A DNA stretch of 63,401 bases, the filler included, from Choristocarpus tenellus KU-1152 (taxonomy: Eukaryota; Protista; Phaeophyceae): NCBI GenBank assembly GCA_964200185.2. It is 11 parts of 11 records of this genome, joined end to end, with 100 filler letters (N's around TTAATTAATTAA, not from the genome) between each part and the next. Parts side by side here need not be neighbours in the genome. Positions count along the whole stretch, not along the records: positions 24,192 to 32,927 come from CAXNAD020004387.1; positions 33,028 to 45,235 come from CAXNAD020001925.1; 9 more parts are not named here. One strand, 5' to 3'. Made by a program: the position numbers and the translations under genes. This document shows, one piece after another, positions 24,192 through 39,000 of this stretch (its first letter is position 1; each line of letters opens with the position of its first letter). The notes under the pieces were generated by a model. The model ran no database searches and was not told the DNA's origin. It saw only the letters and a program-made list of their open reading frames with translations.

Positions 24192-27100
24192 AGGCAAAGC
24201 CACAGGGTACCTGACACTTGATGATTGTGCCGACGTGGTTGCAAGGTGTAGTCTGTCTTCAAGGCTACCTGTGAATCGAGGGATCGAGCAGCAGAGAGTA
24301 AGTTGTAGCACCTTTTCTGGCCAGGATGCAACACAGCACACTATACCCCACTGTCAGCTGTACCCAATTTTGTCCGAAGGAGTAAAATCGCTAGCATTGT
24401 GAATGGCATGTCTGAGAAAATGAATAGCCCACCTATTCAAGAGCCCCAAACTTACCCATTTAGCAAGCCCGTATAGTCTGTTCTATTGGTGTAGTTGCTG
24501 TGGAGATTAAATAATGACATCACACCCCCTACAAGAAGCTGGAAGTTCACGACGAGGATGGATCACTTAGGACTTATAAAGATCCCTTACGACTGTACAG
24601 AGTTCAGATGTAGTGTGCTCCAGTATGCTTTACTCTTTGTCCAGTCAAGGTGTCTTCCCAACAGGAACCTGACTGATTGCTCTAAAATATTGGGCTTAAG
24701 TACTTCATGCACTTCCTTGTGTTGGCTACTGTGATGAGAATGGTAGCTTTACTTGTGTATGCATGCAATTACTTCTTGACTTTTAGTTTATTGGATAGGG
24801 TGATTCAATTTGATTCTTCCAGAGGCTTAACACTTTGGTAGTGTGGTATTATTTTTGATTTGACACAACAGCTATCTATATGCATGCCCAAGCTGAGAGC
24901 TGAGCACAGTTTTTTTTTTTATAATGTGACCTATCGATGTGTTCTTCCCACACCACGACCAATCTGTCTCCCAGAAGGACTTCACTCTATAGTGATTGAC
25001 AACATATGCTAATGGAGTTGCGGCACAGCTAGTGGGTGTCCTTAACAACAGATTCAGCAAAGTAAGATATCCCTGGGACGTGCCTGTCCTTTGGGGACAA
25101 AATTAACAACTTGTTTTAAAATGCCATTACTGTAAGAGTTTGAAATATGGGAAGGTAAAAAAAACTGGTCTGTGACCGACCCCTTGCCTGATCTGTAGTA
25201 TTATTGCAGGTCTTAGCGTTTCTGAGTGTGGCCTTCTGGAGAGCAGCAATGTCATCGAGGTCTAGCTCAACACCGCCAAGGAAGTCGTGTGACCCCACAG
25301 TTTTCCAGTCGTAGAGTTCCACTCTTAACTTGGGATTGAGGCTGCAGGCTGGCTCTAGCCAAAAGTATGGTCTGTCGTCACTCTCGTTTACATCATCACC
25401 AAAGTCTGCTTCCATCTTTGTTCTCTTTGTGCTCTTTCCTATTTCCTTCTCCTTACCATCCGACTTGTTGACCCATATGGGATTGAGTGTGTTCTTGATA
25501 ACTGCTGTGCTGCCAATCTCATTTCCATCCCAGAACACCTTTCTCGAGATTGAATTTTCAGAGCAAGGAAGGCGGCAGCAGAGGTTCTCATCGAGAGATA
25601 TTGGGAAACACTATACTATTAACTGTCTTGCTGTTGTGCTCTGGCGGAACAAGCAAAGCAACACAACATCAGCTAGCACTTCTATGATTCGTACAGCTGC
25701 TCAAGGAGAAGGGGTGCGAAGGCTCACCTGAAAACCCGTCCTGTTACAAGAGTGCCTTGAAATTGTATGGGTAACCTACTAGGTGATCACCTTTCCCCTG
25801 TAAAGCCGGTTAGTAGAAAGATAGTAATGCCCTAGTCTGACTAATATGCCCTAGCTATGTTGTTGGGGGTAATAGCCTGACGAACGCTGATACAATTGTA
25901 TACTCCGTAGTTGGCGACATATCTAAGGGCCCAATACCTAAAACAATAAAATGGACTAGTCAACAATAAAATAGTATAATAGAATTGGTCCTTTGGGCTT
26001 AATTGCCTTATAATAACAAGTGTCGGACTTGACTAGAGAATAAAGTGATTTGACTTGCTAGTACACTATTTTCCTCTGTTTACTTTTGAAGAGGATAAAA
26101 TATTACCTTGCCCAATCAAAATCTGGAATAGATATGCTAGGTAAGAAATATCTCAACTCACACAAATCTGGTACAAAGGAATGAAACATGACTAACATAC
26201 CAACAAATTTACTTTGGTACATATATATAATTTTTTTTTTCCAGGGGTCCTCATGATATTGAATCAGCCTTTTCCCTAACACACCTGGGAAATGTCAGAG
26301 GATATAGTAATAGTTACATAATATCACAATTGCTCTTGCTTCTAGAGGGGTCTTTGAGATATGGTTTGGATCATCTCCAAAATGTCAGAGGTCAATATAA
26401 TGTAACACATACTACCGTACAGTACTACTACTATGAATGAATAATATAATAACAAAAATAATACAACTTTTCCCACTATATATGCATATAGCAGCATGCC
26501 AACATATTCTCCATGCATTGTATCCTCATACTAGTGTGAGCATAAATTCAAATTATTTGAAAGCACCCCCATTGTAGAAATAGTTAAATCCATCAAGAGT
26601 GATCAATAACGAAAAATGATGCAGTAACTGATCAGGTGTACCTAGAGTAATTGCATAGCTCAAGCCCTAAACCAAATTGGCATATACTCCAATGACCCTA
26701 TTTATCGCCCAACGACACCCTAGTCCTGCAGTCCTTTTTGTAGGGTAGGTGGCAGGACCTTTTGTGACCACTCTCTTGCTTCTCATAGATGCCTGTTGTT
26801 AAAAACCAACAGTGATCGCTAGATTAATATGTGATTTCGCCGCCTATTCTTACTACACACCTTTAACCACCCAACTGGCTTAATTGTGATTATCCACTAC
26901 CACATCTAACTCAGGACTTTGTTCCTCCATCGACTTTCAAATGAAGAATTATATCTTGTCCACTACGATGCGTGAGCAATCGATACGCTCTGAATTTCCA
27001 AATCAGCTTTGTCTGCACTAATGGTGTTGCTACAGTAATGTCACCACCCCCATTTCGTCCCCATTTTGTCACAGCAAATTATCGAAACTGGGGACCGAGC

Positions 27101-30100
27101 TCTACAGCACATAAAAACCTTTTGTCTCACCTTCGCATAAGGGTCCCTCTCCCCAAACAGGTCTCTGTTGTTTAGTCCAGCAGCACCGACTACCCAAACC
27201 CCAAGATCACGAGCGCAGATCCTCTTTTGAACAGAAGAGAGGATAGCCTGAGGCGAGTTGGAATGGGGCAGATGGGACATGGGTCGTTGAAATATCATAA
27301 TGACAATGTATACTGTTAATCAAGGTACTATGTATGGTTCAACTTTGTGAAGTGTCCCTCCCCTGCCACTGCTTGGACTCCAAGTCTGCCTTCAACCTAT
27401 CAACCGTTCGGATGTCGTAACTTGAAAAAGCTAATGATTTCTTTGCTCTCAATGAGTATATGTCAGGGTCTATTATGTCATAAGGAACTTTTCTGAACTA
27501 TAAATGCGTATTTTCCCAATAAGTTCCTCACCTAGCAATAATACAGACTCTAACTTGCAAGTATTGAGTGTAGTGTTGGTCCAAAATTACAAAAAATATA
27601 ATGCATATATTCACAAAACACACAACAATGGCACTAGTGCTACTGCTGGAAGAGTGCTACTGCTGAAAGTTCTATACTTGCTCATGATGTCCAAATATAC
27701 AGAATAAAGTTGCTCTTGCCTGGATCATTGTTCCTGTTCTAACTACCTACATGTAACATACATGGTGTTGGCAGACCTGAAAATGTGTGGAGCTTCAGGC
27801 TCGTCTTTTTTTCATTAGGTGAAGTTGTGCTACATTTGTGAGACTATGTCTTTTTACAAAGCTCAAGGACCTTGCCACCTTACTCGTTCTACTATGAGAT
27901 GTGGTCATGCAAGCTGAGAAGGTGGTTTGTAGTCCACAGAGTTCGGCAAAGGGTAACTGATCCTATCTGTGAATCGGGTTCATAGTGCAGCATTTTGATA
28001 GAGGATATTTTTATCCTGGATCAGTAATCCTGAAATTCATGATTCCACTCACGATAAAATCATTTTTGGGGAGAGAAGAATGGTGTTACTATGTTTACTG
28101 TAAACTGTTGCAACTAATATGGCATCATATACTGACAAGGTTTTCTTGCATGTTCTATTTCGCACACTGAATTGTATCCCCATCTTAAACATTGCCCAGG
28201 TAAGACTTTGACAAGCTTGTGTTTGCATATCTGAGGAATTAGGTAGTCCTATGAACGGCTGCTATCATAACAGAAGTTCTGGATGAACACAGCTCTAAAA
28301 TTCCGCAAACTTCCAGCACCTGCACACTCTATTACTCACCCTTACGCATCCCTCCGCCACCTGCAAGGCTTCAGGTCTTTGTCTACATGTTCTGTAGACT
28401 TGTAAACTAGGCGGCAATGGCAGCCTGGAGGTGATCACCACACCAATTTGACCGACATTGTTAAATGAACTACAAGTCTCTTCCATTGCTAAAAGTCCCC
28501 GTAATGGTCCTCTAGGCACCACCACCTGTGTCCTCTCCCCTGTACTTGCATGTGCAGCTCTGCCAAACCCTCTACCGTCACTGGAGGTTGATGCAGCCTT
28601 ACTTGTAGGTTGTAGATCAAGCCATAGCAGGGGGGGTAGCTTTTGCTGTCTCAGTGAGGCATGAAGGGAATCAACTGGGGACTCTAAACTATTTTCTTTT
28701 GTTCCTTGCATTCCTGATAATGTTGTTTGGATACTTTGACCACCAGTGTAGTCAGTATTCTGCTCATCCCCATCAGCACCCTCTGGAATGGTCACCATGC
28801 CCAGTATCATGTTTGCATCAAGCTCAACGCACCCGATGACCTCGGATGACCCCACCATATCGTGGACATAACACTTTATCTGAAGCAAATTGAACGTTCA
28901 CAGGCAAGGGTAGGATGGGAGTAGGAGCATTGAGGAAGTGGCAGTGGGGATAGGGCAGTATAGAGTGCAGCTTTATGTGTTTGGGGGTGAAGAAATATAT
29001 TGAATTGTACCATAATACTAAAGGTTCTACACGAAGTATCATCCTACCATATTCCATACAATTTTAGCGAGTGAGGTAGAGTATCTGCTGTTCTATCGTC
29101 TCACAGCTACTTGTGATTCCTGGTACGAATCAAGCAAGGTAATGGGTGCAGGTAGTTCGAATAATAGTTCCTACTGTATGTGTGCCAACAGTTTTCGGTT
29201 GTTAGCCTCAAGGTATGTAACTCTTGGAACCACCCCTCTAGTCCGGAGGCAGTGACGAAACTCACACTGGAATGGGCATTGCCTTATCTATGTTGTACAA
29301 GAACTGTTTTATACTGTAATAGGCTTGCACTACAAAGCTGGTCTTGGCAGTATTGTATATAGAGCAGTGGATCAGCTATCCACATTAATCCTAGTATATT
29401 CAACCCCTCTCCACTCAATATTTGAATCTTTTCTTCCTTTTGCTTTACAGGGCCATTCCTATACCCCAAGACTACAGCTTTCCTGACCCTTACTTGAATT
29501 TTTTGTCCTGTACACAAATATCAACAAATTGTCTGGGGGTATTAATAGTTCTTATTGCAGAGGTTAAGAACACAAGCGACATACCCTACGCACTCGAGAG
29601 TAGCAAAAGGTTTATTGCAAAATCTCCACAATGTTCACACCTCCGTCCCAATTCGCGCAGTCTATTCATATTTCTATCCCAAAACCTATCTTCAGAGCCA
29701 CTCCTCCAGTCGACCTCATCCTTGTACTCAATTGCTCTATAACAAACGACTATCTTAATCTTCTTATTCTGGGCAAGGCACCTACCCCAAAGATCTTCTT
29801 TCCTCTACTTCCAAAACATACCCTCTCACTGATCTCCATCTTTACTCACTTCCAGGCGCATCTCTGGCCAAGGTGCATCCTTACCACCACACTCCTGCTC
29901 AAACCCTGCTGCTCTCGTTTCTGGATCAAATTGCCACTCTGGTACAAGCATCTCCAGCTGGAAACCGTCAGTAGGGCTACCCTCCAACCAATCTGGGCAC
30001 AAGGTACCCCTCCTTGCTGGTGTTTGTCCGCATAATTTGCCATTCCACCTAATCTCACAAAAGAGGTCACTGGTCTTTGTAGGATGGTCTATGCACCTCA

Positions 30101-32285
30101 GACCAGCTCCACGAACTACATAGACCACCAGGCCAGCCTGGCGGGCAAGTATACGCCGAGCATGGGCTTCTTCCTGTTCATTTTGGAGTGCAGCAACTTT
30201 CTGGTGCTGGAGAAAGCGCAAATGTGATGCCAAAGCACGGCTGCGTGTTCCCCTGTCATCAATTGCATAGGTGTGAGAACTGTGTGAGGGGAAGGAGGGG
30301 TCTGTTGTTGAGAAGAGTATGAGTTTGAAGGCCTGAGAGAGTAATTTTTTTGGGATACATCAGCAGCACCTACTAGGCAGAGGTGAAGGTTGGAAAGGTA
30401 AGGTGTTACTGATGGAAAGATGGTTGGTGCATTCGTCTCACATGCCTAATAGTAGATAGACCTATGCCTTTTCTCCCCAAATGATGAGCAACTCTGCATC
30501 CTAGGCATTGCTACTGAGCACTCAATATTGACTTGCCTCCAGTTGCATTGCAACTTCAATGCAGCTGCTGCTCTCCTTGCTTTCTCAGTCCTATGATTGA
30601 ATAAAGCCCTCCTCAGCATCTGCCAACGGTACCAAGCCTGCAAAGGTGTTGCAGTGATGTTCGTCTCCTGGTCTGTGTTTAATGCCTGGAAGGCTTTGGT
30701 CACTTCAGCATTCCTAAGGCCGCTCCGCCACAGCTTCTGGATCGTCCTAGCTGCAGCACATTCTGAAATCGAGTAGATGCCCATATCTAATACCTCTACC
30801 ATCACAACGGGTGGTCCCTGTGCCACATTGCACTTTCCTGCCTCCACCTCCTCTTCCCTTATATTGTACTTCCTCTTTCCTCTACCGCTTGTGTCACCAC
30901 CAACACCACTGGCACTGCTTCTGCTCCCATTGCTGGTCCTTTCGGCCAACCAACGGAAACCGGGCAAAATCTCTTCTCCCCAGCAACACAGTGGGAGCGG
31001 GACAGTTACTGGCCCAACCACCTCACACGTCCTGCTATTAAACCTTTTTCTGGGTTCCACTGCATTCGACCAGTGTACCACCTTTCCTGGTAGCCAGGGA
31101 CGGCTAGGGACCAGACTCCTACGTGGTGTCATTCCAATCCTGGTATGAACAGCATCATACTCCACCCTGTCCCTTATTCCTTGGTCTAAGGAAGTCTCAC
31201 CCACATCATCCCAAGGCCAGGCTATCCGTATGAATGGGAAACGTTCCTTATGGAATGGGTTCCGATATGCCCCAAGGACCGGACCTGCATCTGTACTTTG
31301 CAAATTTGATCCGAGGAAGTGGTTGTCACACGCCCTGCTGCCTGTAAGTCCGGAGGCTGCAACTGGAGATATTAGAAGATAGTGTGGCAGAAAGACTGGG
31401 GACACCTCTAGCCGGAGTTGAAGCTTAATACTTATCCCTGTGGTCTGGCATGACAACTGATCCCTGGGATAGAGAGAACTCTCTGAAGCTTTAGGAATCC
31501 CTGTTTGCTCTGCGCCTGGTGGTGAAGTACTCATGAGCTCTAGGGTCACAGTCCTTGGTTGCACTAGTAGGTACCTAGCCGGACCATGCACATCAATTGG
31601 ATCAACAAGATAGCCTGTGTCGCTCACAGGTAGATTTGAAATGCCTTCCCATCGTATAGTAACCTCACCTCCTTCGTTGTGGTCTCTGTAGAACTTACCC
31701 ATGTCGACACATTCCCCTCTCTTTTTTGATGGAGGCATTTTCGCAATAACAGTCAATTCTAAGTCCTCCCTTGATGGAGGGACATCAAGCACTAGGTCCT
31801 CCCCTGTCGGATTAATGCCAATATCAAAATCCCTCTTCTTTGGCTGGGCATCCATAAGGCAAGCCTCACCCTCCCTATCCCCACTTCCATAATTCACACC
31901 CAAATCATAACCCCCGTTCCATCCTACAGTTATGCTGGCAGCGGAGTGAAGGTTGTGAAGCGAGGCAAGATCTGGATGTGATGCAAGAGGTTTTACATCC
32001 TCAACACGGAGCCGCAGGCGGCATCCGAACGCTGAAGGTGCCATGACAGGAGCTCGAACTGATCTGGGGAGTTGTGATGGCTCCAAACACTCAATCTTGA
32101 GGGACAGCGCTAATCGAGCAGAGAGAACACGCCATGCAATATTATCAGAGGCGTCCAGAGCATACCCTGACCCTACAGCACCTTCTAAATCAAGCTCTGT
32201 TTCACCGCCCCCTACCACACCAATATGACTCTGATCTTGATCGAAGAGTTTTTCACTGCTGAGATCCGGAGGTAATCCCAAGGTG
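24192..32285 (-). CDS. Large multi-C2-domain protein with IQ motifs (internal fragment, 6 exons)
   Basis: Exons 32285-30537, 30252-29850, 28879-28340, 27247-27131, 25538-25188 and 24268-24192. C2 signatures: VVGAAGLNNRDLFGERDPYAKVFWDGNEIGSTAVIKNTLNPIW, LRVELYDWKTVGSHDFLG, SDLFCEIRWNGKLCGQT. IQ-like motifs: TIQKLWRSG, LQAWYR, LQCNWRGTRSR. Confidence 0.85.
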
Positions 32286-32835
32286 CTGAAAACAGGGAAC
32301 AACAGAGGGCAGGTCATATCACAGTATTCTCTTCTGCATCGAAGAGAGAGTGGTACTTCCTCAGGGCATATTGAATACCCATATCTTTGAACCTTTAGGT
32401 TGCGGATTTCCTGGCAGGAGGGTGATTAGGTTACAATCCAAAACACAGAGTAGTTGAAAAAGAGGCGAGGTGAGAAGCGTGAGTATAGACTGTGTTGAGG
32501 ACACAATGGCAATGATGCAATAATATCCCTCCGATCATGGGAATGAAGTACAAAGGGAAAAATCTATTGTAGGCACTTCCAATAGCAGTAGTACAGCAGT
32601 ACCAGATTAGTATGATGCACCAAATTCAATTGCTCATGGAGTACCTCGAAATACAATGTTTTCTGATTTATTGTATTATATGTTCCTCTACCCCCTCAAA
32701 ACATCTAAGACTGTCTGAAGGCTTAAAACATTCTTTGAAATATGTATGTTTAATTGGCAGAGGTTATGTGAGCACTCCTTTACAGATCAAAATAATCAAA
32801 CAGATCAAAGATATGAAACACCAACGGGTCATTTT

Positions 32836-32927
32836 GAGCCAAAGTATCTTAGAGGGTAGAGCCGTGTCCATTTGGGGGGCAAAATCCAATGTTCCGGTTT
32901 TGATGTAATTTTGACTTTCGTGTTTTT
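32836..32927 (-). mobile_element. MITE family A right end, truncated by the contig end
   Basis: GAGCCAAAGTATCTTAGAGGGTAGAGCCGTGTCCATTTGGGG is the reverse complement of the family A 3' end. Confidence 0.8.
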
Positions 32928-33027
32928 NNNNNNNNNNNNNNNNNNNNNNNNNNNNNNNNNNNNNNNNNNNNTTAATTAATTAANNNNNNNNNNNNNNNNN
33001 NNNNNNNNNNNNNNNNNNNNNNNNNNN

Positions 33028-36000
33028 ACCGGCCAAGTCATCCCCCCCCCCCCTGCCTCCTTCCCCTGCTCCAAACTGTTCTTCATCACTACTTCCCTCT
33101 TCCCCCCCCCCATTGGTTTCCACCTCTCTGTAACTGTCAAGAGGCATTCAGCGGTGTGAGAGGCACTTGGGTTGAGAAAGGCACTGATCCAGGAATACTT
33201 CCTCGTATTAATGAGGAGTTATCATGTGCATCAGGCGTTGACATTTTGATCTAGCTTGGTTACTGTTGCTTCAGGGCATATTGATCTATCTTAGGTATCC
33301 ATAATCCTAATCCACAACAGTAGTGCACTAAGGACAAGTGCTTCCAAGCTCAAACAAGAATCTTCTGGTAGGGTTAAGGCTTATGTCAAAAATCCACACA
33401 TGCAGTGCTAGTGTAAGAAGCGAAACAATTTTGACACAAGAGTATAAATCTAGATACTGATAATGATACTAACACTGACATTGATATTGATATTGATACT
33501 GATCCTGATATCAATAACAATACTGATACTGATACTGATACTGATACTGATACTGATACTGATAAAATTCTGATACTGATAACAATTCTGATACTGATAC
33601 GGATACTGATATCAATACCAATACTGACATATGCGATGAACACAACTTTGAAAAAGATTGCAAGAGTGCAACCATTTCCGGCATTAAAGTTATCACAAAT
33701 CATAAAGAAAGGATGACAAAGAATCCATCCAATAGTCACACCAAGGGAAAAAGAGAATACAGCACCACCAACCTCTCTAAGGCAATATTTTTGCTTGAAC
33801 CAGTATGCCGCTCCCTGGCACTTTCCAACAACCTTGACACTGGAAAGTGCCATGGTAGTTGGGTGCCAAACTCCGAGGGGACCACCTGAGTGCACAGTTA
33901 CAACACCAGTTTCTAACAAAAATAATAATAGTGAATATAATAAATCATTTTCAAGCCATATTCGCCAGGAAGTTAAAACATGACTCAATGCCCATTTAGT
34001 TTTCAATTGTACTATCTATGAGACCCCTACCTTTTTGAACTGTTTACACTTATTCCAACGGTTAAATCAACTCTACATTAAACAGGCAATGGCAATAGTG
34101 TCTGTCCATGAAAAATAACCCTAACCCTAACCCTAGGATATCACTAGTATTATTAGTAAGAATACTACTGCAATCAACATGCAACAACAAATGCAAATGA
34201 ATGCCAACGCCAACTATTGATAGCAACACCAATTCTATATAGCAAAGCAGTTACAAGCATCCCAAGGAAATTTATATGTACAGAACAGCACAAATAGGCA
34301 TGCTTATAAAAAAACATTGCTAATGAAAGGGAGAAGGTGAACACCACCCACCAGCACACCAATGATACCGTAAACATGCCATAACTTGGGTGACTTAGAC
34401 CAAGAAGGCAGCAATTAATAACTACAAATTTCACTTACCTGGACTGAGAATATTTGGAAATAATTAAAAAATATATACCAACTCGGGTGTATGCGATTTG
34501 AAACCAACTACCACCTATAGAAACCATGTGTCCTATCCACTCTACATCCAATCTTTCCAACCAAATATAAGTATATATTCTAACCAACGACAAGCATGGA
34601 AGTTTTTTTTTTTTAATACACCGACACAAATAGGAATGACCAATACCAATGAACACCATGGTAGAGGGATAGGGTGTATTGAACGACAAGCAACACTACT
34701 GCCAATAGAATCACATGGAAAACTCACTTAGTCAATGAAGATACATTTGATTTGCATCTTCTTTCGAATCTTCAGATAATCACTCCTCATCCCCAATAAC
34801 AACACACTCACAAACCACCTCCAAAGCTACAAGACTTTGCTCTACCTTGTCCAGATACCAGGAGAGACCAAAGTACAATATGCTGTCAAGAAGGAGCAGG
34901 GACACCATAGACAGGTAAGAAAGATTATCATCATAGCTCTGCCTCACATTGGAGGTCTGGATCCCCACGAGCCCTGAAAACAAGCATAGGGGATGAATGG
35001 TAGACACATTCTAAGTCCAAATTTCAGCAAATTGCGGCCCTCTCAGAGAGCAAAGAGAAATAGTTCTCCAACATCATCAAGAAGCACAACATGGTAAACA
35101 GTGGATAGATTTGTGTGGGGCTGTTACACATGATACAACGCCACCAAAGGGAAGCACAGGTGATTGGTCAGATAGTGAAACACAACACAGTCCTTGAACA
35201 CACACATCATGGTACTCAGTTTGTTTGCATGCACAGATGGTGCATGCCCAACAACAAAACACTAACCTCCATCTTAGGGGGGTAGGGATACAATAAACAC
35301 TATAATAAAGCAAAAGCAATACCTATCACTACTACTAGTACTACTACTACTACTCTATTTGGGTCTTTCAAAATCTCCCCAACCAATAATCAATATTCAC
35401 AGTGCAACAGAAATACTACCAAGTAGTAGCTATCGTTTCATTTCTCAGTCACCCTGCCAAGAGTAGATGGACAAGTCTTAGGTACCTGTTAGTCCCATGA
35501 CTGCCTGCCCCAGCGGAACATGGTCTCCTGAATGATAGACAAGCTGACTTACATCCTATCAGAAATCTCAAAACACATCAAAGCAGTAGGGAGTGGACAT
35601 ACACCACAAGAGACCTTTCGTTCAAACCAAACAACAAACCAAACAACAAACCAAACATAGAGCAAGACATGGAACACACCGCTAGAGGCAGTAGGTGCAC
35701 CTAAGCATAAACAGAGCTTCACCAAGTGCTTCACCAATGAACATGACCATCAGAGACGATCACTCACAAACCATCAACCATCAACCATCAACCATCAACC
35801 AGAAACAAAACTTACAGGATAATCGCTCTCTCATATGTGCCCCACCCCCACTGCTTTTTTGGTGAAAGTAAGTGTGAATCTCGGAACTGGATCTATTTAC
35901 GATCCTTCCCAGTGAATGTAAATATGATGAGAACCATAGCCACACCATATTGCCACAAACTGGAACAGATTGTGTCATCACCTACTGCAAACACTGCAGG

Positions 36001-39000
36001 TAATCCAGTACACGCACCAAGCCCTAACCCTAATAACCATACACAACAGAGTGACTGATCACAACCTCACGCCAGAACCAGTCACCGAGCTAAAGTGGAC
36101 AGCCTAACCAGCTCTCCCATAACAACTAACTCCCTAATTAAGAGATATCAGAGACCCAGCCACACCCCATAGCAACTAACTCCCTAACCCTAAAAAAAAG
36201 AGTCCGATGTGTCCTACCAATGCTAAACCGATATCAAAGCAGTTATGATGATGTCATGAGTTGTTCTTACCTCCCTCGTAAGCTGCATAGGTGTCGCTGC
36301 CAAGGGCGAAACACGTCGGTACGAGGAGAGATGCCCATCTCTTGGTGGAGACGTTGGTCACAGACTGACCTCCCACATAGTAGTATGGAAAGAAGGCCCC
36401 AAAAAATAACACACTCCCCAGGGTGGCTGCTGTTTTTGATCTGACGTTTGGTTGGGTTTGGTTTGATTTGATTTGGACAGGCAAATTTCAGGGTTAGGGA
36501 AATATATATATATATATATATTTATTTTTGAAGGCAGGCATTATAGAGTGTTTTGTCCTATCTTATGACTTGTCAGTAAGAAGAGTGTAAAAACATAATA
36601 AGATAAAGAAGGTAAAAAAGAACACTATCAGAGAGTGATGTGGAGAGTGATGCGGAGATTGATGTGGAGAAGAACAGAGGAGCAAACTCATCAAGGTCAC
36701 CCAATGTAACACAACATACAAACAACATACAAAGTCGCTTCAACAAACTACATCTTTCACCTCACATCCCCTAATTGCATTCCATACAACAAGATCATTG
36801 CTGTTCATCCTGACTTTAGCATATAGACACAGGGTTAGGGATAGGAGCAGGAACCAATGGTGAACAAATCAAGCTTATCATCGTGGGCAGTGGCTTGTAA
36901 GGTATTGCAGAGACATGAAATCTAAAAGGGATTAGAATGAGGTAACATAGTACCAGACCAATAATAAATATATACAACACTACAGCAAAAAGGGTATGCA
37001 GCAAAGGGCTCTGGACATTACTACACACAATACTTGAAACATAAAACAGTTTCGGCTGATAGAAGCAGAGCAGGAAGTAGAGCACTCATCAATACCTAAT
37101 GCAAAAATGATGATAATAAGACTTGCCGAATTGTTGTAGACTTGTATCATATTTTTTGCTCCAAAGGCAGTTTCAAAAGAGAACACATAGGTGATCAATC
37201 TGTCGCCTCTACAAACAGTTGCGTCAATATTTGAAGTGATCCAAATATTGTATACACCTACTGTATACTGTATACACTTGCTGTACATTGTATACACTTA
37301 CTGTATACTGTATACACCTACTGTATAATGAATACACTTGCTATGCATTGTATACACTTACTGTATATTGTATACACTTACTGTATACATATACCCAATC
37401 ATACTGCAAAAAAAAGCAACCCTGTGTTGAAGGTGTGACAAGTACTTGCAAGATTACATAAAGAGCATTGGCACTGTTAGTGTTAGTGTTTATTTGCATA
37501 CTTTTAGTAATGGTGTTTATGTCTATACATTTAGTGTTATTATTTGTATGTATACTGTTAGTTTTAGAGTTTGTATTATTTGGATACTACTGCTCTCTGC
37601 AAGGGATAATGTTTCCAATCCTTACTCTGGAACACCCCTCCCTCCCTCCCCCGCTGCACTTTTGAATAGTACTTTGTGCAAAACCTGTATACATACTAAC
37701 ACTAACAGTAGTGTTATGGCGCAAGAGGGGAGTAGTCCATGGGTTTGGTACACAAAGTACAGTACAGTACAGTACAGTATAGCATAATATAGTATGGTCT
37801 AATATAGTATAGTATAGTATCACATAATTGTACCAAAGAGAAAGAGGCAAGGTTGTAGGTAACGCATTAGAATTGACTAACCCTAACCCTTCAACATCAT
37901 TGCCAACAACAAAAGTCCATTGCTAATAGTGATGCCATACCTCTCTCTGGGGTTAAGGTTATCACACATTACCTACACTAGTAGAATCGGAAAGTCTAAT
38001 GAGTGTTACAGGTCATATACAGATCATATACAGATCATACACAGGTCATACTTGCCTGGAGAATAGAGTTGACAGCAGGAAACAGAAGGCAAGTACAGCG
38101 ATAGATACGGATGACAGCCATACCAACAACAACCACTTGTTGCTGTACAAGAACACAGAACCACTGGTCACCCACACTATCAGAATGTTCGTCACAAGCC
38201 ACTGAAAACAGAATCAAAGCAAACAGAGCAAAAAAATTCAACAGGGGATTAGAGGGTTCCATGGGCAGGGCGGGCAGAAGAGGGGGGAGTGGACCTGCTG
38301 TGCAGTTTGTCCCTTTAGAAGGCATCACTCACAAGAAAGAGATCTATATCAGGGTCTTTTCAACCATATACTCCAAACCACTCTGTGCAACCTGTGCCAC
38401 CCAGTGTATTAAAAAAAACAGACAGGACTGAAGCTTTGCAACTAAATATTGGACACATAGAAAAATGTCCTCAAACAGTTTCAGAGTCTACGATCAGGAT
38501 GCTCACAGTACCCAAATGTCTGTACACACACAATCACTCTCACAACACAGTAACCCATAGTGCATTCACCACACTGACATAGAATACTCATTACAGTTAC
38601 GCAGGACCCTCTTTACAGTTACAACACATGCTCTTCAAAGACAGTTACCTACCAACTCAACACCAAAGACTTCAACATCCCCCTCATGAGAGCCTAGCCA
38701 ATCGCCTCTCCAAGCCTTTTGCCTTACCTTCTTACCTTATCCGCATACACCAGACCACAAACACATGGGTGTTGGCAGATGGGTTTCCAACAGACAGCAC
38801 TGAAATGGGTTCAATCTTTTCTCTTTTTTACACGTGAACGTGCGTCGCTCACCACGCTTGCAGATGTGAGCGACTTGCGTGTCTCAACCCACTCACTACA
38901 TGTACGTCTTGATCGCAATTTAAAAAAAAAAAATGAACTTTTTTCCAGTTTGTACTCGATACAATGCTTTCCATTCACACAACACTACCAAGGAGGATCT

